Assembly: GCA_028286525.1 (NCBI GenBank)
Contig: JAQBRL010000016.1
Span: 17,924-81,923 of the forward strand
Source: Parcubacteria group bacterium
Lineage (GTDB): Bacteria; Patescibacteriota; Minisyncoccia; Phycocordibacterales; Phycocordibacteraceae
Direction: 5' to 3'
DNA: 64,000 nucleotides
The position numbers were made by a program, and so were the translations under genes. Positions 57,929-64,000 of the stretch are shown here, in pieces. The first letter of the stretch is position 1. Each line of letters begins with the position of its first letter. The notes under the pieces are model-generated. The model made no database searches. It saw only the letters and a list, made by a program, of their open reading frames with translations, and was not told the origin of the DNA.

Positions 57929-58642
57929 ATGATCATACTCATTACGATCGGTGCGTTCGCAGCCACCATGCTCGGCGGCCTCTTCGCGCTTCGCCTCAAG
58001 GACCGGCTGCATCTTATCCTCGGGTTCTCCGCAGGGGCCATCATTGGGGTCGCATTCTTCGATCTTCTTCCGGAAGCTATCGACCTGGGCACGACTGCCC
58101 ATCTAACCTCGACCGTGCTCTCGATCACCGCCCTCGGATTCCTCATCTACCTGGTACTCGATCGCATGCTCTTCATGCATAGCCATGACGCGGACGATGG
58201 CCACATCCATCGCGGGCGCGTCGGTGCAGGAAGCCTCTCATTCCATAGCTTGCTCGACGGCATCGGCATCGGTCTTGCGTTCCAGATCTCGCCGACGGTC
58301 GGCCTCATCGTGGCGGCAGCCGTGCTCACGCATGACTTCTCGGACGGCATCAACACGGTCAATCTCATCCTTAAGAATAGCGGTTCACGCACGCAAGCCT
58401 TCAAGTGGTTGCTTATAGACGCCGTTGCGCCGGTCATAGGCGTGCTCTCAACGCTCTTCTTCAAGGTGCCGGAAGCGGAACTGGGCCTCCTGCTCGCCTT
58501 ATTCGCAGGGTTCTTCCTCTATATAGGAGCGAGCGACCTTATCCCGGAAAGCCATCATGCGCACCCGACACGCGTCACCACATTCATGACGGTACTGGGT
58601 ATCGCGACGCTGTACGTCATCATTCGATTGGCTTCGCTCTAG
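57929..58642 (+). CDS. zupT: ZIP-family zinc transporter (ZupT-like)
   Basis: 237 aa; HSLLDGIGIG and HDFSDGIN metal-binding TM motifs. Confidence 0.8.
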   Translation: MIILITIGAFAATMLGGLFALRLKDRLHLILGFSAGAIIGVAFFDLLPEAIDLGTTAHLTSTVLSITALGFLIYLVLDRMLFMHSHDADDGHIHRGRVGAGSLSFHSLLDGIGIGLAFQISPTVGLIVAAAVLTHDFSDGINTVNLILKNSGSRTQAFKWLLIDAVAPVIGVLSTLFFKVPEAELGLLLALFAGFFLYIGASDLIPESHHAHPTRVTTFMTVLGIATLYVIIRLASL

Positions 58643-58689
58643 CGAACGCCGCCCATGAAAAAACCGCCTTCGGGCGGTTTTTTCATGGG

Positions 58690-58774
58690 CGGAGGAGGTG
58701 AGATTCGAACTCACGGTACCTTGCGGCACTCCTGTTTTCAAGACAGGTGCGATAGACCACTCTGCCACTCCTCC
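58690..58774 (-). tRNA. tRNA-Ser (anticodon TGA)
   Basis: hand fold: acceptor GGAGGAG/CTCCTCC, anticodon loop CTTGAAA, long variable arm, T-arm GTGAG-TTCGAAT-CTCAC. Confidence 0.8.
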
Positions 58775-58779
58775 TGCGT

Positions 58780-59058
58780 TTACGCTTCCGGACCTGATGG
58801 GATAGGCGCCGGAGCGGGAGCCGGGGCAGTCTTCACCGGAGGTTTTGCGAAGCCAAAGATATAGATAAGCTCGAAGATACCGAGAGAGTTCACGATAAGG
58901 AGAAAGGCAAACCAGGCCGTATGACCATTCCGGGCCGCTTTCCAGAGCGCAATACCCTTGATAGCGAGGCTCCACAGCACCAGTACCCCAACGAGGAAGT
59001 ATGCGAAGATGCCGAGTGGAGCGAGGAACGGGAAGGTCGTGAATAGGTCGTAGTGCAT
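58780..59058 (-). CDS. small membrane protein (2 TM) with APAPAP tail
   Basis: 92 aa ORF; hydrophobic helices. Confidence 0.4.
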   Translation of the reverse strand: MHYDLFTTFPFLAPLGIFAYFLVGVLVLWSLAIKGIALWKAARNGHTAWFAFLLIVNSLGIFELIYIFGFAKPPVKTAPAPAPAPIPSGPEA

Positions 59059-59162
59059 GCCGGCGAGTATACGTCATTGTGTATGTAGGAGCAAAGCGCT
59101 TACTGAACAAAAACTGCCCTTGTGGTGGCATGCGGCCATACGCCCGTGTAGGATACAGATAT

Positions 59163-59561
59163 ATGCGCTATCTCGGTATTGATTTCGGGAAGAAGAAAGT
59201 GGGCCTCGCGCTTTCGGACGAAGAGGGAACTATGGGGTTCCCCTTCGAGATAGTGCCGAACGATTCTCAACTATCGGACGCGCTTGCGCTCCTTATCGAA
59301 ACCGAGCATATCGAGGGCATCGTCATCGGTGACTCGCGCGATTTCGCTGGAAATCCGAACCCTATCGCGAACCCCGCCCGCGCGCTGGGCGAAGAACTTA
59401 CCTCGCGTACCGGGGTGCCGGTCCATTACGAGCCGGAAATGCTCACCACCCAAGAGGCACGACGCGATTTCGAGGGAGTGCACTCGCATAAACGCGGCGA
59501 CGTCGATTCATCCGCCGCTGCCCTCATCCTTACGAGCTACTTATCGCGCGACCATGGATAA
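59163..59561 (+). CDS. ruvX: YqgF/RuvX putative pre-16S rRNA nuclease / Holliday junction resolvase-like
   Basis: MRYLGIDFGKKKVGLALSD start; ORF track start 59079 is upstream extension. Confidence 0.8.
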   Translation: MRYLGIDFGKKKVGLALSDEEGTMGFPFEIVPNDSQLSDALALLIETEHIEGIVIGDSRDFAGNPNPIANPARALGEELTSRTGVPVHYEPEMLTTQEARRDFEGVHSHKRGDVDSSAAALILTSYLSRDHG

Positions 59562-59895
59562 AGAGCGGATAACCATCGATGAGTTTTCGAAGATAGAGGT
59601 GAAGGTAGGTACGGTCGTGTCCGCTGAACGGGTGCCGGAGACGGATAAGCTGTTGCGTCTGATGGTCGATTTCGGCGAAGAGAAGGGCCCGCGCCAGATA
59701 GTTTCCGGCATCGCGGCCTACGTGCCCGCGCCGGAATCCCTGGTGGGCCGCCAACTCGCGTTCGCGACCAATCTCGCACCGCGTACGCTGCGCGGCCTTG
59801 AAAGCGACGGGATGCTCTTTGCAGTGGGGGAGGGCGATGCATTCGCGTTCCTTGCGCCTGATCGGCCCGTTCCTCCGGGCACAAGCGCGCATTAG
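59554..59895 (+). CDS. tRNA-binding domain protein (CsaA/EMAP-like)
   Basis: 113 aa MDKERITIDEFSKIEVKVGTVVSAERVPETDKLLRLMVDFGEE... matches Myf/EMAP tRNA-binding OB fold. Confidence 0.7.
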   Translation: MDKERITIDEFSKIEVKVGTVVSAERVPETDKLLRLMVDFGEEKGPRQIVSGIAAYVPAPESLVGRQLAFATNLAPRTLRGLESDGMLFAVGEGDAFAFLAPDRPVPPGTSAH

Positions 59896-59954
59896 TCCCG
59901 GGTTTTCCAGAACGACCGGATTTCCGGGTCACGCGCACGGTATACTCATAGCAA

Positions 59955-61040
59955 ATGAAAGGAGCGTTCCACCGATTCTTGCGTATCGAGCTTGCGCCGC
60001 CGCGCTATCTTTCCCTTCCCACCGCGGGTATCGACATTTCCGCGAGCGGCATCAAAGTAGCGAGCCTGAAGGAACGTTCGCATGGACTCGAGCTCGGCGC
60101 GTTCGGCGAAGAGTCGCTTCCGGCAGGCGCCATCGTGGGAGGAGAGATCACCGATAGCGCGGCAGTGGTCGCGGCGCTTTCCGCTATCGCCAAGAAGCAT
60201 GGCGTCACCACCGCGAATATCACGCTTCCCGAAGCCCGCAGCTACCTTTTCGAAGCGGATGTTCCGGGGAATACCCCCGCGCAGTGGCGCACGGCAGTCG
60301 AGCAGCACCTCGATGAATACGTCCCGCTTCCTCCGGCTGAGGTCATCTTCGATGCGGTGCCCGTCCTGCGTATGCCCGAGAGCACGCACTTGGCGGGGGT
60401 GGGCGTCGCCCGCCGCGCGGTGGATCTTGCCCTCTCCGTATTCGACGAAGCGGGGATACGCGTCCGTTCGGTCGAAGGCGAGATGTTCGGAGTGCCGCGC
60501 GCGCTCCTGCCGCACGGAAATATGGAGACCGTTCTCATCATCGACATCGGCCGGACGACGACCAAGCTCGTGATAGTCGTCCACCGCATCCCTATCTTCG
60601 CGACGACGCTCGACGTGGGCGGGCAGGCGCTCACGACCGCGGTGCAGAAATACTTCAATGTATCGGAAGAGGAAGCGAAGAAAGTGAAGGCGGAACGAGG
60701 CCTCGTCGCGAGCGACGATAATGCCGAATACCTGGCCGCGATGCTCTCCACGGTTTCCGTCATCCGCGAAGAGATAGTGAAGCGCCTGGAATATTGGCAG
60801 AGCCGGGCGGTTGCGGGTTCGCCGCACGAGGCGGTGACGCGCGCCATTCTGGTGGGCGGGAACGCTACGCTCCGTGGGCTGCCGGAATATCTCGAAACCT
60901 CGCTCAAGATCCCGGTCGAGCTCGGCGATGTGTTCACGAATCTCGCGAAGCGCGACGACTGGCTGCCGCCGATCGATTACATGGAATCGCTTGCGTACGC
61001 GACCGCCATAGGCCTGGCGCTGCGCGAATACGTTCCCTAA
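59955..61040 (+). CDS. pilM: type IV pilus assembly protein PilM (actin-like ATPase)
   Basis: 361 aa; GIDISASGIKVASL N-term, actin/HSP70 fold phosphate motifs. Confidence 0.75.
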   Translation: MKGAFHRFLRIELAPPRYLSLPTAGIDISASGIKVASLKERSHGLELGAFGEESLPAGAIVGGEITDSAAVVAALSAIAKKHGVTTANITLPEARSYLFEADVPGNTPAQWRTAVEQHLDEYVPLPPAEVIFDAVPVLRMPESTHLAGVGVARRAVDLALSVFDEAGIRVRSVEGEMFGVPRALLPHGNMETVLIIDIGRTTTKLVIVVHRIPIFATTLDVGGQALTTAVQKYFNVSEEEAKKVKAERGLVASDDNAEYLAAMLSTVSVIREEIVKRLEYWQSRAVAGSPHEAVTRAILVGGNATLRGLPEYLETSLKIPVELGDVFTNLAKRDDWLPPIDYMESLAYATAIGLALREYVP

Positions 61041-61044
61041 GAAT

Positions 61045-61605
61045 ATGTATCCCGAACTCACCAATCTCCTTCCGCTCGAGCGCATGCGCCATCTCCGGCG
61101 TGACTATTTCATACGGCTTGCTACCGTCGTGGTGCTCGCCCTATCCGTCGTGGTGGTCGGAAGCGGAGCGCTTTTGATACCTTCCTATCTCTATCTTAAT
61201 CAGGAGCTTCAGGCGCGCTCGGGAGTCGCACGCGAGCTCGATACGAAGCTCAGCGCGTCGCAAGGCAAGGTCACGAGCCAGCGTCTCGCGACGCTCTCGA
61301 GTTCAGCTACGTACCTCGCTCGACTCGCCACCACCACGACCGCGACTGCGGCACTGCGTGGAGTACTCGGGGTTCCTCGTAGCGGTGTCGCGCTCACGGG
61401 CTTCACGTTCTCTCCCAGCATCCCCGGTACGAACGGGAAAATGGCGCTTACCGGAAACGCCTCTACGCGGGAGACGCTCCGCGCATACGTCATGGCGCTC
61501 TCGCAGCTTCCGTATGTCAGCAACGCTGACCTCCCGATAAGCGCGTACGCGAAAGAGAGCCAGATACCGTTCACCATCACGCTTACCGGCACCCTGCTTC
61601 CATGA
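61045..61605 (+). CDS. pilN: PilN-like bitopic protein
   Basis: 186 aa; single TM after short cytoplasmic N-term, coiled coil; synteny after pilM. Confidence 0.55.
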   Translation: MYPELTNLLPLERMRHLRRDYFIRLATVVVLALSVVVVGSGALLIPSYLYLNQELQARSGVARELDTKLSASQGKVTSQRLATLSSSATYLARLATTTTATAALRGVLGVPRSGVALTGFTFSPSIPGTNGKMALTGNASTRETLRAYVMALSQLPYVSNADLPISAYAKESQIPFTITLTGTLLP

Positions 61606-62201
61606 CCATACGCCCCTTCATCCCCCTCATCGTTTCGCTCGTGATCCTGGTCATCGCATCGGGACTCTATGGCTTCGGATACTACACCTTGCAGAGCGAC
61701 ATCGTGAAAGCAACGACGCTTGCTGCCCAGATCAAGCTGAAGAGCGCGCAGCTCGATCAGCTATCGCGCGCGCATGCGGCGCTCGCGACGCTTACGAACG
61801 ATGAGGCGACCCTGAATCAGTATTCGATAGGGAAGGAGGATGTCGTGCCTTTCCTCGAATCCTTGCAGGCGACCGGCAAGCCGCTCGGCGCACGCGTGGA
61901 CGTGCTCTCGGTCGCGGACGAAAAGATCGGTACGCATGCCCGCATCTCGCTCTCGCTCTCGCTTACCGGGTCGTTCGATGCCGTCATACGGACGTTGGGC
62001 GCCATCGAGTACGGTCCGTATGACGGCGTCATCACGAATCTGACGCTTGATACGACACCGGCTTCGGTCGGAAGCGCCTCGGTGTGGACGGCCACTACGA
62101 TATATTCGGTCGGCGTCCGCTCGGCTTCTTCCACACCCGTAACCCATGCACCGGCAGCTCCTATCCCTGCCACCGTACCCGCAACCACTACGCATCCATG
62201 A
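61602..62201 (+). CDS. pilO: PilO-like bitopic protein
   Basis: 199 aa; TM + coiled coil; start overlaps pilN stop. Confidence 0.5.
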   Translation: MTIRPFIPLIVSLVILVIASGLYGFGYYTLQSDIVKATTLAAQIKLKSAQLDQLSRAHAALATLTNDEATLNQYSIGKEDVVPFLESLQATGKPLGARVDVLSVADEKIGTHARISLSLSLTGSFDAVIRTLGAIEYGPYDGVITNLTLDTTPASVGSASVWTATTIYSVGVRSASSTPVTHAPAAPIPATVPATTTHP

Positions 62202-62506
62202 ACCTCTCTTTCATTACCAAGCTCCTGAATAAGTATCTGAAGGTCCTACGCTATGGCGACCGGGTGCACCCCATGCGCGACTGGCTCATCATCATCTGCA
62301 TCGTCTGCATATTGTTCGTGGCGAGCGCGCTCTGGAGCTATCTTATCTTCAGGGAAACGAGCACGAACGGCGTGCAGGCTTCGACAGGGACGACGACGCC
62401 CATAAGCACCGCATCGCTCGATACGGTCCGGCATGTGTTCGAGACTCGGGCGATCGAACGCGCGCACTATCTGCTGGACTATCGTTTCGTTGACCCTTCG
62501 AAGTAG
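62198..62506 (+). CDS. small membrane protein, last gene of pilMNO operon (PilP-like?)
   Basis: ATGA overlap with pilO stop; one TM LIIICIVCILFVASALWSYLIF. Confidence 0.35.
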   Translation: MNLSFITKLLNKYLKVLRYGDRVHPMRDWLIIICIVCILFVASALWSYLIFRETSTNGVQASTGTTTPISTASLDTVRHVFETRAIERAHYLLDYRFVDPSK

Positions 62507-62524
62507 GGGCGCTAGGGTACTAAG

Positions 62525-62596
62525 GCCCCTATAGCTCAACGGATAGAGCTGCGGACTTCTAAGCCGTCGATGTAGGTTCGATTCCTGCTGGGGGCA
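62525..62596 (+). tRNA. tRNA-Arg (anticodon TCT)
   Basis: hand fold: acceptor GCCCCTA/TGGGGGC, D-arm GCTC/GAGC, anticodon loop CTTCTAA, T-arm GTAGG-TTCGATT-CCTGC. Confidence 0.75.
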
Positions 62597-62609
62597 CAAA
62601 ACGTTCGAG

Positions 62610-62691
62610 TGGGTATGAGAGGACTCGAACCTCCAAGGATTGCTCCATACGCTTCTGAGGCGTACGCGTATACCAATTCCGCCACATACCC
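62610..62691 (-). tRNA. tRNA-Leu (anticodon CAG)
   Basis: acceptor GGGTATG/CATACCC, anticodon stem TACGC/GCGTA loop CTCAGAA, long variable arm. Confidence 0.75.
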
Positions 62692-62712
62692 GTGTGCTCG
62701 CGGGGCCAGCTG

Positions 62713-62785
62713 TGCGCGCTGTAGGGCTCGAACCTACGACCATCCCGGTGTAAACGGGGCGCTCTACCAACTGAGCTAAGCGCGC
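62713..62785 (-). tRNA. tRNA-Val (anticodon TAC)
   Basis: acceptor GCGCGCT/AGCGCGC, anticodon loop TTTACAC, T-arm GTAGG-TTCGAGC-CCTAC. Confidence 0.75.
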
Positions 62786-62913
62786 GTATTTCTTACTCGC
62801 ACGACCTCGCAGAGGAAAGCGTAACCGTCGGAAGTCCGACCCCACCACCTCAGCGAAGCGCGCGTATGGCTACCTTAACCCACTTATCTACGTTTTTGAA
62901 GTAACATGTTCGG

Positions 62914-63192
62914 ATGAATGAGCGGCTCTTCGCTATAGTTTCCGGCCGGGTGCAAATGGTCATGTTCCGCGATTTCGTGCAGCGGAAGGCCAGCGGCTTA
63001 CGTCTCGTAGGAGAGGTACGGAATCTCAAGGACGGGACCGTGGAAGTCATTGTCGAAGGCGAGCGTGCGAAACTCGAGAAATTGCTCGGGAAGCTGCACG
63101 AGGGTCCGCTTCTTGCGCGCGTCGAACATGTTTCCGTGTCGTGGCTTCCAGCAACAGGAGAATTCTCGAACTTCAGAATCGCGTACGAGTAA
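62914..63192 (+). CDS. acyP: acylphosphatase
   Basis: 92 aa; VSGRVQMVMFRDFV and GEVRNLKDGTVEV motifs. Confidence 0.8.
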   Translation: MNERLFAIVSGRVQMVMFRDFVQRKASGLRLVGEVRNLKDGTVEVIVEGERAKLEKLLGKLHEGPLLARVEHVSVSWLPATGEFSNFRIAYE

Positions 63193-63237
63193 GGCGCGAA
63201 AGAAGCGCAGACGAATGAAATGAGTTAGTGTGAGGCA

Positions 63238-63975
63238 ATGGAACTTCCGATACTCTATGAAGATGCCGATATCGTCGCGGTGAACAAGCCGTCGGGGATG
63301 ATGACGCACCCCGATGGAAAGACCACGGACGAGACCGCCAGCGACTGGTTCGCTGCGCACTACCCTGACTCGAAAGAGGTGGGGGAGACCCAGCGTCTGC
63401 AAAACGGTACGGAGATTCGCCGCCCCGGTATCGTGCATCGTCTCGATCGCGAGACCTCGGGCGTGCTCGTGTTCGCGAAGACGCCCGAAGCGCACGCGCT
63501 CCTGAAGAATGCGTTCCAAGAGCGCCTCGCGCACAAGACCTATCTCGCGTTCGTGTACGGCGTACTGAAAGAGAAGAAGGGCATCATCGATTTTCCCATC
63601 GGCCGCTCGACGCAGGATTTCCGGCTTCGCAGCGCTCAGCCAAAGGCAAAAGGGCTGCTGCGCGAAGCGCTCACGCGCTGGGAGACTATTTCGGATATCG
63701 GCACGCATACGCTCCTCAAGGCGATGCCGGAGACCGGGCGTACCCACCAGATCCGCGTGCACCTCAAAGCCATCCATCATCCGGTCGTCTGCGACCCGCT
63801 CTATGCCCCGAACCAGAAATGCGACCTGGGCTTCAACCGTCTTGGTTTGCACGCCTACCAGATAGAGGTCCAGCTCCCTTCGGGAGGGAACAAGGTCATA
63901 ACGGCCCCGGTTCCCGCGGATCTGGCCGCGGCACTCCAGAAATTCCCTGGAACCGAGGCGTTTCTTGCTCCGTAG
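63238..63975 (+). CDS. RluA-family pseudouridine synthase
   Basis: 245 aa; HRLDRETSGVLVFAK catalytic Asp motif. Confidence 0.8.
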   Translation: MELPILYEDADIVAVNKPSGMMTHPDGKTTDETASDWFAAHYPDSKEVGETQRLQNGTEIRRPGIVHRLDRETSGVLVFAKTPEAHALLKNAFQERLAHKTYLAFVYGVLKEKKGIIDFPIGRSTQDFRLRSAQPKAKGLLREALTRWETISDIGTHTLLKAMPETGRTHQIRVHLKAIHHPVVCDPLYAPNQKCDLGFNRLGLHAYQIEVQLPSGGNKVITAPVPADLAAALQKFPGTEAFLAP

Positions 63976-64000
63976 TTGTGGCTGTGATACAGTTCTGTCC

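Noticed and set aside
1-64000. Alternative genetic code with UGA read as Gly, as in some CPR lineages
   Set aside because: Many well-supported genes here terminate with TGA (comM, pilO and others) at the expected length, and the GC content is high. The standard code 11 fits.
1-64000. CRISPR arrays, rRNA genes, transposases or integrases, prophage genes
   Set aside because: No direct-repeat/spacer periodicity was seen, no rRNA-like sequence, and no recognisable transposase or integrase or phage structural motifs. The only compositional anomaly is the 540-nt low-GC gene at 44557..45096.

Overview
Best guess for this window: a high-GC (~58-60%) chromosomal segment from a small-genome bacterium, probably CPR/Patescibacteria-like, that spans the replication-origin neighbourhood. 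The lineage call is an inference from the rpmH-rnpA-yidC block sitting divergent to dnaA-dnaN with DnaA-box-like motifs, a short YidC, many small membrane or secreted hypotheticals, weak or absent Shine-Dalgarno sites, and tight gene packing.

Recognisable content, in order:
- DNA metabolism and repair: comM, recJ, rnhA, pcrA/uvrD, dnaA, dnaN, ruvC, yebC, ruvB, ruvA, ruvX, polA, holA.
- Type IV pilus and competence genes in three separate loci: pilB-pilC plus three prepilin-like genes (5.2-12 kb), a second GspE/PilB paralog (46.3-48 kb), pilM-pilN-pilO (60-62.5 kb), plus comEC.
- Other housekeeping: tpiA, pgk, sodA, a class A PBP, a Mur ligase, tsaE, rpsT, ksgA, rluA, acyP, a ZIP transporter.
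- Seven tRNAs: Lys-TTT, Arg-CCG, Arg-GCG, Ser-TGA, Arg-TCT, Leu-CAG, Val-TAC.
- No rRNA, CRISPR array, transposase or integrase was seen.

The most unusual region is a roughly 12 kb co-directional operon (24.4-36.8 kb) between ksgA and yidC. It encodes a VirB4-like ATPase, a VirB3-like two-helix protein, a TrbL/VirB6-like polytopic protein, candidate VirB2-like pilins, and several secreted or anchored proteins. There is no relaxase, VirD4 or VirB11, and GC content matches the host. This looks like a type IV secretion-like apparatus that is probably not conjugative. Its VirB4 reading frame is interrupted by a single in-frame TAA.

Other notable items:
- A YcaO-domain gene with an upstream stem-loop, a candidate 59-aa upstream ORF, and a divergent TrmB-family regulator.
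- A low-GC (~42%) transglutaminase-like gene inserted among the ruv genes.
- An M23 peptidase whose signal peptide is encoded upstream of any canonical start codon.
- Perfect palindromes upstream of pcrA and of the T4SS-like operon.
- A long nested hairpin between convergent genes.

All calls rest on reading the sequence and on motif memory; no database searches were run.
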